DNA of 38,050 nt from Flavobacteriales bacterium (GTDB taxonomy: Bacteria; Bacteroidota; Bacteroidia; Flavobacteriales; TMED113). The notes below the pieces were generated by a model that saw only the letters and a list, made by a program, of their open reading frames with translations, was not told the DNA's origin and ran no database searches. Below are positions 7,691 to 17,498 of the stretch, piece by piece. Position 1 is the first letter of the stretch, and every line of letters starts with the position of its first letter. The translations under genes and the position numbers were made by a program. The DNA lies in NCBI GenBank assembly GCA_002698365.1, contig NZWM01000024.1, positions 1-38,050 on the forward strand, in the 5' to 3' direction.

Positions 7691-10183
7691 ATGAGATTCT
7701 TAGGTTTAATTATCTTAATTGTTAGTCTTAGCAATCAAGCTATGGCACAAGAGTTTATTATCATTGATGCGGAAAAAAACCCAATATCAAATGTGGCCGC
7801 CTTTAATGAATCTAATACAAAAAGTACATTGTCAAATAATGATGGGGTTATAAATCTAAGTCGATTTATGATTGATGAGGTAATTATATTTCAGCACCCA
7901 AATTATCAAATAAAAAAAATTGAGAAAAATGAAATTGAATCATTTGTCATAATGGATCTATCTATTACAATTTTAGATATAATTGAATTAAGTCAAACCA
8001 AAAATACAGATAACATAAAAAATACAGCAGAAAAGAAAATATACATATCATCTAAAGACATAAAAGAATTAAACCCAACCACCACAGCTGATCTATTGGA
8101 GAAAAAGGGGGGGGTGAGTGTTCAAAAAAGTCAACTGGGGGGGGGGAGTCCCAACATTCGGGGATTTGAGGCCAACAAAATACTACTAATGTTGGATGGT
8201 GTTAGATTAAATAATGCTATTTATCGATCTGGGCATTTGCAGAACTTAATCACCATTGATGAGAATATGCTTGATGATGTTGAAATTATTTTTGGACCAA
8301 GCTCAGTATTATATGGTAGTGACGCGCTTGGTGGAACCATTAATATGAGAACTCGAAGTCTCTATTTTCAAAATAACCCCACTTGGGGTGGGGGCGCGAG
8401 CTCTAGCTATCACTCTGCTTATGGAGGGCTTAAATCCCATGTTTTCACTAAATTTTCGTCAAAAAAATATTCCACTATTACCAGCTTTTCTGTTAAACGA
8501 TTTGGAGATTTAAAAATGGGGGGGTGGAGACCACATGGATATAATCAGTGGGGGCTTGTACATCATTACATAGATGAAAATGACAATATTGTTTGCAATC
8601 CAAATCCTGAATTACAAAAAGGAACCCATTATAATCAATATGATATATTTAATAAAATGATTTTTAAAATATTGGATAACTTAAGATTGACTTCAAATAT
8701 TCAATACTCAACATCATCTAACATACCTAGATTTGATAAATTAAATGATAATGACGCACCTTGTTTAATGGGGGAAAATGGTATATGTGCGAATGCTGAA
8801 CACTTAAAATTTCATTCTTATTATTATGGGCCCCAGAATCGCCTATTTAGCAGCATTAAGCTCACCGGATTCGATTATTACTTTGATAAATCCGAAATTA
8901 TTTTTGGTTATCAAAATATTGAAGAATCTCGTCACAAGTGGTATTTAAGTGATTATTTAAACTCCATAGAAAACCCAACCAACTACGACAGTCCAACACG
9001 ACAGTATGAAAAAGTAAGTGCATATAGTCTAAACACAAACTTTCGAAAAGGTTCCGTTTTTTTGGGGTCTGAAACCATATATAACGACGTACAATCTACA
9101 GCAGCAAATAATGGTGAAAATATATGGGGTTTTGGAGACACAAGATACCCTCCAGAGGGATCAAGCTTGTTTAGTAGCGCATATTACATCAACATTTTAA
9201 AAAGACTGTCACATAAAGTCCAGATAGAGGGGGGGGGGAGATATACTTTTTCTCATGTAAAGGGGGCTTATCCGGATAGCATGAACAGACCTGTTGCAAA
9301 TATAGAGGGGTTAAATCTGTCTTCCAAGAATAATATTTTTTCTGGGAATATTAAAATATTATATTATCCATCTAACTCTTGGAAAATAAGCGCTGTGACA
9401 TCCAGAGGGTTTCATGCACCCAATGTAGATGATATGTTAAAAGTTTTTAAAAAGGGTGACATTATTACACTTCCAAATATTGATCTCAATCCTGAATATT
9501 CTTTGTCACAAGAATTTTCTATCACAAAAAACCTATCTCCTCATTTTACTTTTTATGGAACAGGGTTTTATACTCAATTAACCAATGCCATTATAAGATG
9601 TCCAACTTTAATTAATCAAGCGCCAGATGGAGAGGAGCCCCTCTGGCAAAGCATGATACTATATGACGACGAAATGGTATACACATTCTCCAACCAAAAT
9701 AGCCCAAATATTATTGATATTTATGGTGGAACAATTGGCTTTAATGCCATAGTCTACGGGTTTGAGATCAATGGAGATTTTAATATTACAAAGGGAGAAA
9801 CGAGAAATAATGCTGGAGAACCTGTTGCACATATTCCTCCGAATTTTGGAAAAATAGAGGTCATAAAAAAAATCAACAAACTACAAGCTCGATTTCTTTT
9901 ATTATATTCCGCGGGAAAAAGGACAGAAGATTTTGATACTGCTGGAATAGACAACTTAGATGAAACGCCATTTTTAGGCTTTTCTGAAGTGTCAGGAGAT
10001 GAAATTTGGGCTGGTCTGCCAAGTTGGTACACTTTAAATTTTTCGATAGGATATGAGTTAAGTGGGTCTTTTGGGTTTAATTTTGGTGTTGAAAATATTA
10101 TGGATGCGCATTATAAAACTTTTTCTTCAGGAATAAGTGCTCCTGGTAGAAATTTTATTTTTTCTGGACAATATAATTTTTAA
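7691..10183 (+). CDS. TonB-dependent outer-membrane receptor
   Basis: Signal peptide; plug motifs QKSQLGGGSPNIRGFEANKILLMLDGVRLNN and GPSSVLYGSDALGGTIN; GFHAPNVDD; C-terminal ENIMDAHY...APGRNFIFSGQYNF ending in Phe. Confidence 0.93.
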   Translation: MRFLGLIILIVSLSNQAMAQEFIIIDAEKNPISNVAAFNESNTKSTLSNNDGVINLSRFMIDEVIIFQHPNYQIKKIEKNEIESFVIMDLSITILDIIELSQTKNTDNIKNTAEKKIYISSKDIKELNPTTTADLLEKKGGVSVQKSQLGGGSPNIRGFEANKILLMLDGVRLNNAIYRSGHLQNLITIDENMLDDVEIIFGPSSVLYGSDALGGTINMRTRSLYFQNNPTWGGGASSSYHSAYGGLKSHVFTKFSSKKYSTITSFSVKRFGDLKMGGWRPHGYNQWGLVHHYIDENDNIVCNPNPELQKGTHYNQYDIFNKMIFKILDNLRLTSNIQYSTSSNIPRFDKLNDNDAPCLMGENGICANAEHLKFHSYYYGPQNRLFSSIKLTGFDYYFDKSEIIFGYQNIEESRHKWYLSDYLNSIENPTNYDSPTRQYEKVSAYSLNTNFRKGSVFLGSETIYNDVQSTAANNGENIWGFGDTRYPPEGSSLFSSAYYINILKRLSHKVQIEGGGRYTFSHVKGAYPDSMNRPVANIEGLNLSSKNNIFSGNIKILYYPSNSWKISAVTSRGFHAPNVDDMLKVFKKGDIITLPNIDLNPEYSLSQEFSITKNLSPHFTFYGTGFYTQLTNAIIRCPTLINQAPDGEEPLWQSMILYDDEMVYTFSNQNSPNIIDIYGGTIGFNAIVYGFEINGDFNITKGETRNNAGEPVAHIPPNFGKIEVIKKINKLQARFLLLYSAGKRTEDFDTAGIDNLDETPFLGFSEVSGDEIWAGLPSWYTLNFSIGYELSGSFGFNFGVENIMDAHYKTFSSGISAPGRNFIFSGQYNF
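8107..9238 (+). repeat. Poly-G tracts within the TonB-dependent receptor gene: G8 (8107-8114), G10 (8137-8146), G7 (8518-8524), G10 (9229-9238)
   Basis: Read directly from the sequence. The longest G/C runs I noticed elsewhere in the window are 6 nt. Confidence 0.85.
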
Positions 10184-11168
10184 AACTATTTTGCAATAGA
10201 GATTCTAGCTGTAGTAGTGGTATGGCTTTTTTCTCACCAGGTGCATATAAATAGGTATAAACCAGGGGCCCTCGCTCAAAAAAATAAGCTTGAAACACTC
10301 CTCCCATAAAATCATTTTCCATCCTCCAAAGAGATTGAATTTTGATGTGTGACCCGCTCTCTGGCGCATTAATATGCGTGGGCAGCGATCTTTCCAGCAT
10401 CATATATGAGTTTGGTAGTGGTCCCAAAATATGTTCTGTAATAATACTATCTACAGCATCAAACGCCACATCCACTGCCATAGTATCGGAATATTTTAGT
10501 TTTAAAAAATCACTGTGGTGTAGAGAGTGTGAATTTGCAATTAATAACCCCTGACTAATCTTACTTGTTTCTCGTCTTAACCAAGTGATATTAGAATCCT
10601 TATATGCGATAAAAAAATCTTTAGGTACATTTATTAATAATCCATGACGTACATCTATTTGGTTCGAAAGAACCTGACTTTCATGTTTTTTAAATTTTTG
10701 GGACAAACGGGCCATTTCTGTTTCCTTGATTTTTTTTACAACACCTAACAGCTCCTTATCTCTTGCTATTAAATCTTCCCCGGAAGAAACTTGAAGTAAA
10801 ATAATTAATTGATTTTCTGCAAATACATCATATTTGAATTGTATTGAAAAGGTGTCTGACTTTTCTACAAAAAGTAAATTTTGGTGACGCTGTAAAACAC
10901 CCTTAAACTTTTCTAAATCTACCTGCATTATGGATAATAATTTTTCTGGCTGTGGAGAAGGTCCAATATCAACACCTATAAGTGTTTTTAATGTACTATA
11001 TATCTCGGCATCAAAATCATTGGTGTTTTTAACCACAACTAATTCCAATGGGTCCCCAATGGATTGTGGCAAATTACTTGAGTCACTGCCGGGATCGGAA
11101 AGACCCAGCCAACCAAGACCAAAAAGTGCAACTATAATAATAATAATGTATAATTGTGTTTTTGTCAA
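10155..11168 (-). CDS. DUF4837-family protein
   Basis: SIGDPLELVVV, PQPE, DVFAENQ, WLRRET, LWRMENDFMGGVF and YAPGEKK motifs; N-terminal TM anchor; downstream of mltD as is usual in Bacteroidota. Confidence 0.75.
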   Translation of the reverse strand: MTKTQLYIIIIIVALFGLGWLGLSDPGSDSSNLPQSIGDPLELVVVKNTNDFDAEIYSTLKTLIGVDIGPSPQPEKLLSIMQVDLEKFKGVLQRHQNLLFVEKSDTFSIQFKYDVFAENQLIILLQVSSGEDLIARDKELLGVVKKIKETEMARLSQKFKKHESQVLSNQIDVRHGLLINVPKDFFIAYKDSNITWLRRETSKISQGLLIANSHSLHHSDFLKLKYSDTMAVDVAFDAVDSIITEHILGPLPNSYMMLERSLPTHINAPESGSHIKIQSLWRMENDFMGGVFQAYFFERGPLVYTYLYAPGEKKAIPLLQLESLLQNSFKNYIVQKK

Positions 11169-11174
11169 ATTAAA

Positions 11175-12377
11175 TTATTTAATAATTCTATAAATATAAA
11201 GTCGTTGACCCTGTTTTATCTTGCTATTTTTTAAATCATTCCAAAGCATAATGTCTTTTATTTTACAATCGTATTTGTTTGCAATTTTACCTAAATAATC
11301 GCCCCTCTTTACAACATACTTAATCTTTTCTATATCGCTAAAAATTGGATATATAGCTTTTTCTACAGAATCCAGTCTTGCCAATTCTTTATAAATACTG
11401 TCTTTATTGTTAATGAATTCTGCCCATTGATAATTGGGTAATATAAGTGGAAATTTTTCATTTTCAACATAAGGAATAAGCTGTAATTTATATGTGGGAT
11501 TTAATTCTGCTAATAGCACACTATCTATAGACATAACGGCGGCTAAATGTGATAAATTCATACGCTTGTTCAAGTGGACAGAATCTATTTGAAGGCTTTG
11601 AATGTTTATTTTTTTATCTACAGTAATGCCATAATCTTGTGCGAAATTCATCACATATACTGCTGCTATAAATGCTGGAATATAATTTTGAGTTTCCTTG
11701 GGAAGAAATGGCCTTATATCCCAATAATTTGATTTTCCCCCTGATCGTCTCATAGATTTGGTTACATTTCGACGACCTGCATTATATGAAGCAATTGCAA
11801 GTTCCCAATTATTAAAAACCTTATAAGACTTTCTAAAATACTCACATGCTGCTTCTGTTGATTTATAGACATCTTTGCGCTCATCCAAATATGAATTTAC
11901 TCGCAACCCATGTTCTTTCGCTGTTGGGTACATAAATTGCCACAAACCAATTGCACCGGCTGAAGATTTAGCATTAGGATTTAAGGAAGACTCAATAATT
12001 GGTATATACTTTAACTCCAGAGGTAAATCATGTTTGTCCAAATAAGATTCAAAAATTGGAAAATAATACTCTGCTAATTTTAATAGTGCGCTTACTTGTT
12101 TCGGGCGTTTAAATAAATAATACTTTATATGCTGCCCAATCTCTTTTGTATATCTTAATTCTAATGGTGTCAGTTGATTTAATGAATCCAATTGTGCTTG
12201 TATCTTTTCGGCATCAAACGCATTATTTTGTATCAGCCTTTGGTCTTCCACTTTAATATCTAACAATAAATCATATCTTAAAATAGTATCTTTTTTGGAA
12301 AATAAAAACACCGTATCTTCTTGAGAAAAACAAGAAAACATAAAAATTAAAACCGATGTTAAAATTCTATGTTTCAT
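11175..12377 (-). CDS. mltD: Lytic murein transglycosylase D (SLT + LysM)
   Basis: IESSLNPNAKS.AGAIGLWQFM, ASYNAG and LPKETQNY SLT motifs; one C-terminal LysM (YVVKRGDYLGKIA). Confidence 0.9.
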   Translation of the reverse strand: MKHRILTSVLIFMFSCFSQEDTVFLFSKKDTILRYDLLLDIKVEDQRLIQNNAFDAEKIQAQLDSLNQLTPLELRYTKEIGQHIKYYLFKRPKQVSALLKLAEYYFPIFESYLDKHDLPLELKYIPIIESSLNPNAKSSAGAIGLWQFMYPTAKEHGLRVNSYLDERKDVYKSTEAACEYFRKSYKVFNNWELAIASYNAGRRNVTKSMRRSGGKSNYWDIRPFLPKETQNYIPAFIAAVYVMNFAQDYGITVDKKINIQSLQIDSVHLNKRMNLSHLAAVMSIDSVLLAELNPTYKLQLIPYVENEKFPLILPNYQWAEFINNKDSIYKELARLDSVEKAIYPIFSDIEKIKYVVKRGDYLGKIANKYDCKIKDIMLWNDLKNSKIKQGQRLYIYRIIK

Positions 12378-12384
12378 TCTATAT

Positions 12385-13803
12385 TTAATTATTTATTATT
12401 TTTTTTGCACAACTTAATAAATCTGATTCCGAAAAAAATTCACCTATTAATTGGGCAGAAGCCGAAAACCCATTTTCCACCTCACCTACTGGAAAAGAAA
12501 CTGCAGGGTGTCCCGATAGGTTGGCCATTACAGTAAAAACATCTTCATAGTATAGCTGGGTTGGATTAGTGTTTTTCTGGCCAATTTTAAATGGTAAATT
12601 GGGGGTCGTTGGTATTAAAATATAATTGTTTTCTGATAAAATTGATTTTACTTGTGATTGAATTAGGCTTCTGATTTTCTGAGCTTTTGTATAATACGCA
12701 TCATAATACCCGGCGCTTAAAACATATGTTCCCAAAAGTATTCTTCTTTGTACCTCTTTGCCAAAACCTTCAGTTCTGGATATACTAATTAATTCGTCTA
12801 TCGATTTAGATTTTGTTTGATAACCATATTTAATTCCATCATAACGAGAAAGGTTGGAAGACGCTTCTGCTGTCGTTAATATATAATAAGTGGGAACAAG
12901 GTGTTCTAAAAGTGGTAAATCAATATATTTAATTATATGACCCTTTTCTTCTAGCTTTGTTATTGTTTGTTTAAACTTGGTTTTGACTGATTTATTAAGA
13001 CCACTGAAATTTAATGCCTCTTTGAAAACTGCAAATGTTTTTTGTTTATCATTATCAATTTCTTCTAAATCCATCTTTTTGCCAATGCAAGTGCTATCAT
13101 ACTCATCTATTCCCGAAATTACATTCATAACTATACGTATATCGTCTATAGATTTAGCTAAGGGTCCTATTTGATCAAAAGAAGATGCAAATGCGATTAA
13201 GCCATGCCTGGACACTAATCCATATGTTGGTTTAAGGCCTATTACTCCACAAAATGCCGCAGGCTGTCTAATTGATCCCCCCGTATCTGTTCCAAGTGCT
13301 AATTGACAAAAATTTGCCCTTACGGCAGCTGCAGAAGCACCAGAAGATCCTCCTGGGACATATAATTTATTAATTGGATTTTTTGTTGGGCCATATATAG
13401 ATTTTTCATTACTGGACCCCATTGCAAACTCATCACAATTTAGTCTGCCCAAAATAATGGCATCTTCTTCTATCAATCGATCAACAACTGTGGCAGAATA
13501 TGTAGACTTAAAACCTCTTAGCATTTTAGATGCCGCTGATGAATGGTGATTTTTATAACAAATATTATCTTTAATACCCACAATCAAACCAGCCAGCTTA
13601 CCAGCAGTTCGATTCTTTATTTTTTTATCAATTTCAATAGCTTGTTCCAGGGCTTCTGATTTGTATACTTCAATAAAAGCATTAATGTCACTTTGTTGCG
13701 CTATATTGTCAAGATAGCCCTCTACTAATTTATAGCATGAAGTATTTCTAGCTAAAATATCTGTTTGAATTTCTTTTAAAGAAACATAATTTTTCAAAAT
13801 CAA
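12385..13803 (-). CDS. gatA: Asp/Glu-tRNA amidotransferase subunit A
   Basis: GIKDNI, DEFAMGSS, PGGSSGAS and DTGGSIRQPA amidase signature; GatA-specific EASSNLSRYDG and EVQRRILLGTYVLSAGYYDAYY. Confidence 0.95.
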   Translation of the reverse strand: MILKNYVSLKEIQTDILARNTSCYKLVEGYLDNIAQQSDINAFIEVYKSEALEQAIEIDKKIKNRTAGKLAGLIVGIKDNICYKNHHSSAASKMLRGFKSTYSATVVDRLIEEDAIILGRLNCDEFAMGSSNEKSIYGPTKNPINKLYVPGGSSGASAAAVRANFCQLALGTDTGGSIRQPAAFCGVIGLKPTYGLVSRHGLIAFASSFDQIGPLAKSIDDIRIVMNVISGIDEYDSTCIGKKMDLEEIDNDKQKTFAVFKEALNFSGLNKSVKTKFKQTITKLEEKGHIIKYIDLPLLEHLVPTYYILTTAEASSNLSRYDGIKYGYQTKSKSIDELISISRTEGFGKEVQRRILLGTYVLSAGYYDAYYTKAQKIRSLIQSQVKSILSENNYILIPTTPNLPFKIGQKNTNPTQLYYEDVFTVMANLSGHPAVSFPVGEVENGFSASAQLIGEFFSESDLLSCAKKIINN

Positions 13804-13813
13804 CTATGCTTTA

Positions 13814-14026
13814 TTACCCTTTGTTTTGTTCTTTGTCGCTTAAAGCCTCCTCATTAGAATCATCTTTGGTGGCTTTTTTAAATTCTTTGATTCCTCCACC
13901 CAAGCCCTTCATTAATTCTGGGATTTTTCTGCCACCAAATAAAAGTAAAATTGCCAACCCAATAATAACCCATTCTGTCCCTGATGACATGCCAAAAATT
14001 GCGAAAGTTAAAAACACTGTATTCAT
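13814..14026 (-). CDS. tatA: Twin-arginine translocase TatA/E
   Basis: [35 protein letters not shown]. Confidence 0.95.
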   Translation of the reverse strand: MNTVFLTFAIFGMSSGTEWVIIGLAILLLFGGRKIPELMKGLGGGIKEFKKATKDDSNEEALSDKEQNKG

Positions 14027-14061
14027 ACTAAAAATATTTTACCATAAATGTACAAAGATTT

Positions 14062-15240
14062 TTAATAGCTTGAAAGCCAATTTTTAGGATTTAATTTTTC
14101 TCTCGATTGCCAAATTTGAAAACCCAATACATTTCTTCTCTGTGTGGTTGGATTATAAATTGATCCCAGTTGTTGCTTGATTTTTATTTTCTGTCCTTTT
14201 TGCACACTCACATCATATAAATTAGAATAAACAGAGAAGTATTCTCCATGCCGAATAATCAAAACCTTATACCCATTCGGTAATATAATAATCTTTGCAA
14301 CTTCACCATCAAATACGGATCTAACATCATTGGTTGTGGTGGCAATTTCTATACCATTATTCATAACGGTAATGCCCGACAAAACAGGATGCAGAGATTC
14401 ACCAAAATTAGTAACAACAGTCCCCCTTTCCGTTGGCCATGGCAGTCGACCTTTGTTAGATGCGAAACTGCTTGAGATTAATTTTAATTCGGGGGTTAAG
14501 CCGTCTTCCTTATTTTTCTCCTTGGCAAGAATTGATAAAATTTCATTTGTTATTTTTTGTCTCTCTAATTCCTTAGAAGACAGTGCTTTCAGTAATGAGT
14601 CTTCTTTGCTTTTCAGCGCATCAACTGTTGCCTCCTGAGACTTCTTTGTTTGCCATAATCCTCGAATTTCTGTTTTCTTATTTTTCTGCAAATCAATCTG
14701 TTCTAGTTTTTTTACAACCAATAACTGCCTTTTATTTTCTATATCTATTTTTACCTGCTGTATAGATTTATATTTTTCTCTTCTATCCACTTCCATTTTT
14801 TTAAGATAATGGCGTCGTCTAAGTAATTGATTGAAGTCATTTGATGATAAAAAGAACAAAATGCGATTATAAGTAAGAGATAAATGATGTGTTTTTTGAA
14901 TTAAAGTAGAGTAATTTTGTTTTAACGCTTCAAGCTGTGAAATAATATCCTCTAATTCTGTTTCTATTTGTTTTTGTTGAGATTTTAACACATTCAGCTC
15001 TTGATTTAATAGACTTAGTATCCCCTCTTTCACTCTAATCTGTGTATTAACAATTTGTAGAGCCTCAAGGGTGTTTTTTTGTGTTGACTGAGTTGCTTGT
15101 AGGTTACTTGTGAGTGCTTTTGACTCTTTTATTAGCTTTTCTTTTTGTTTTAGTAATTGATGATAGTTTTGAGCAGACAAACTACTTATACAAAAAAAAA
15201 TAAAGATAGAAACGCATATGTAATTTAATCGTAAATTCAT
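14062..15240 (-). CDS. envC: EnvC-like murein hydrolase activator (coiled coil + degenerate M23)
   Basis: Signal peptide, long coiled coil, KGRLPWP. The M23 domain lacks the Zn ligands (NNGIEI, VLGFQIW). Confidence 0.8.
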   Translation of the reverse strand: MNLRLNYICVSIFIFFCISSLSAQNYHQLLKQKEKLIKESKALTSNLQATQSTQKNTLEALQIVNTQIRVKEGILSLLNQELNVLKSQQKQIETELEDIISQLEALKQNYSTLIQKTHHLSLTYNRILFFLSSNDFNQLLRRRHYLKKMEVDRREKYKSIQQVKIDIENKRQLLVVKKLEQIDLQKNKKTEIRGLWQTKKSQEATVDALKSKEDSLLKALSSKELERQKITNEILSILAKEKNKEDGLTPELKLISSSFASNKGRLPWPTERGTVVTNFGESLHPVLSGITVMNNGIEIATTTNDVRSVFDGEVAKIIILPNGYKVLIIRHGEYFSVYSNLYDVSVQKGQKIKIKQQLGSIYNPTTQRRNVLGFQIWQSREKLNPKNWLSSY

Positions 15241-15244
15241 ATAA

Positions 15245-15790
15245 TTAAAATAAATTAACTGATTTATAATCTATCTTTATTTCATCTAAATTTCCCAAAG
15301 CTTTTTCTTTCTGTGTGTTTTTTATAATGATTTTCTGAGGCAAAAACAAACTGTCTCGTCCATATTTTTCTACAAAAACATAGTTGGTAAAAAAACAATT
15401 CCTGTATGGGTTTTTGTATTCTATTGTATCTGATGTCAAAGTCTTTTGTATAAATGATTTTTGAAATGTTTTTATATTAATAAAATCCGTTCTTTTAAAG
15501 AAAATCGAGTCGTTTTGGTTGGTGTATTTGTTTTGAAAAACAACTTTTTCTTTTGTTAATATTAATTTTCCTAATTCTAGGGCTACAAATGGATAAACGG
15601 AAGCACTAATCGTATCAGAGGAAATTTTGATTTTTGTCCTTATTTTAGATATAGCAAGTAATAAATTATCCGACTCCACAGTTGCATGAATTAACATCCC
15701 GTTTGTATTTTTTATTGATTTTTTTGGCTTTACTTTTAAAACACCACAACCACAAAAAAATAATAAAACAGCGAACATAAATTTATTCAT
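15245..15790 (-). CDS. Lipoprotein, DUF4292-like (short, divergent)
   Basis: Lipobox-like FFCGC; DTISASVYPFVALELGKLILTKEKV; located between the TPR gene and envC, the usual DUF4292 position. Confidence 0.6.
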   Translation of the reverse strand: MNKFMFAVLLFFCGCGVLKVKPKKSIKNTNGMLIHATVESDNLLLAISKIRTKIKISSDTISASVYPFVALELGKLILTKEKVVFQNKYTNQNDSIFFKRTDFINIKTFQKSFIQKTLTSDTIEYKNPYRNCFFTNYVFVEKYGRDSLFLPQKIIIKNTQKEKALGNLDEIKIDYKSVNLF

Positions 15791-17498
15791 ACGCCTTGAT
15801 TTTATCTTTTAAATGCACATCGTCTGGATTGATTAATAACGATTTTTTCCACTGTATCAAAGCATCATTCAACAACCCTAGCTTCTCTAAAATATCCCCA
15901 TAGTGATCAAAGAGGGTTGCGCTATTTGTTTGCAAATCAATGGCTTTCATAATTTGTGTTTTAGCTAAACTATATTCTTCAAGCTTATATAAGACCCAGG
16001 CATATGTATCTAAGAATGAGGCATTCGGACTATCAGCTGTTAACTCATTGCATTTGACAATCATTTCCTTTGCCGTGTTTAGATTTTCACCACGAAGTGC
16101 TAAATAATAACTATAATTATTTAATACATATACGTTCTGATCATTATACATCAAGGCTGTAACATATGCTTCATCCGACTCTGTATGACTTCCCAATTTG
16201 TGATAGCTATCTCCTATTAGTGAGAAGACCTCTGATTTAAATAATGGCTCATCAATAATGAATTCTTCGGCCATTAATAGGGCCTCAACTGTTTGGCTAT
16301 ATTCATTTTTATTGAAATAGGCCAGCCCTTGATAATAATATAGTCTAGCACTATATGGATACCTAGATATCGCTAGTCTTGTAGTATTTAAAGCTAAATC
16401 GAAATCTTTTTGTGAAAAATAAATTTCTATTAATTTCGTATAAACATATTCATCTTTTATTAAGCCTGAGTTTAATGATCGATTATAGTGTGGTATTGCA
16501 AGGGCATATTGCTCCTCTTTTGCGTAGATATCAGCTAAAATTAAATTAAAAATAGGTTCATCTGGATATAATTTTAGTGCTTTTTCCGCAATTAGCTGAA
16601 ATGATTCGTGTTCAGAAATATTATTTTCAATTAATAGTTTATAAAAAATGTCTTTTTTTGTTTCTATATTAATAATTGGATTGTCAACAATCTTTGAAAG
16701 ATATATTTCTTGATTGCGAACATCTTTTTTGTTTGCATAAATTTTATATAAAGCAATTATGGCGGTGGGATTATTTTGGTCAACGGCTAATAAATCATTA
16801 TATACAGAAATTGCCTCATCATATTTGCTGAAATGCAAATACACCGAAGCTAGTTCTGATAAAAATCTTTGATCAGCTGGATCTTTTTTTAATACGTCCC
16901 GGATCGTTTTTTCAGCTTTTTCAAAGTTGTTTTGGTCCAAAAATATATTCTTTAATTCTATTGATAGGTCGTTTGATTGTCCTAGCTGAGATTCTGTTTT
17001 TTTTATAAACCTAATAGCTCTCTTATATAGTGCAAGCTCTCTTAATACTTGTATTTTTTGAAAATAATAAACCGGGTTGTGGGGTTCAATTTGAATAAGA
17101 CTAGAATATACATCAATTTGTTCTTCCAGTTTATTTTGCATAACATATATATCAAGCAATAAGTAATAATACCATTTGTTGTTAGAGTCTAAATCTATAG
17201 CTTGCTTGATATAATACTCCGCATTATCCCATTCATTAAAATAAAAATACAGTTTTGCTATTTCATTGTAGGCTGAGGATTCTTCTGGGTTTAAAGCTGT
17301 ACATTTTTCATACAATATCAAAGCCTGTTCATATTCCTCCGAAATTTTATACTTTTCAGCATCAAAATAAAACTGAATATATTGTTTTTCATTTTTATCA
17401 ATTTGATGAATAAACTCTTTCTGTTGAGCATTAGATGTAAAAAAAGCCCCGAAAACTATGCATATATATATATTTATATTTTTCATGCCGTCAATCAT
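15783..17498 (-). CDS. Tetratricopeptide-repeat protein
   Basis: Many TPR units; VLNNYSYYLA, FLDTYAWVLYK and DHYGDIL motifs; ATGA overlap with the upstream stop. Confidence 0.9.
   Translation of the reverse strand: MIDGMKNINIYICIVFGAFFTSNAQQKEFIHQIDKNEKQYIQFYFDAEKYKISEEYEQALILYEKCTALNPEESSAYNEIAKLYFYFNEWDNAEYYIKQAIDLDSNNKWYYYLLLDIYVMQNKLEEQIDVYSSLIQIEPHNPVYYFQKIQVLRELALYKRAIRFIKKTESQLGQSNDLSIELKNIFLDQNNFEKAEKTIRDVLKKDPADQRFLSELASVYLHFSKYDEAISVYNDLLAVDQNNPTAIIALYKIYANKKDVRNQEIYLSKIVDNPIINIETKKDIFYKLLIENNISEHESFQLIAEKALKLYPDEPIFNLILADIYAKEEQYALAIPHYNRSLNSGLIKDEYVYTKLIEIYFSQKDFDLALNTTRLAISRYPYSARLYYYQGLAYFNKNEYSQTVEALLMAEEFIIDEPLFKSEVFSLIGDSYHKLGSHTESDEAYVTALMYNDQNVYVLNNYSYYLALRGENLNTAKEMIVKCNELTADSPNASFLDTYAWVLYKLEEYSLAKTQIMKAIDLQTNSATLFDHYGDILEKLGLLNDALIQWKKSLLINPDDVHLKDKIKAYE

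Noticed and set aside
14062-14500. Degenerate M23 active site as a sign of pseudogenisation
   Set aside because: Loss of Zn ligands is the normal state of EnvC-family activators, and the ORF is intact.
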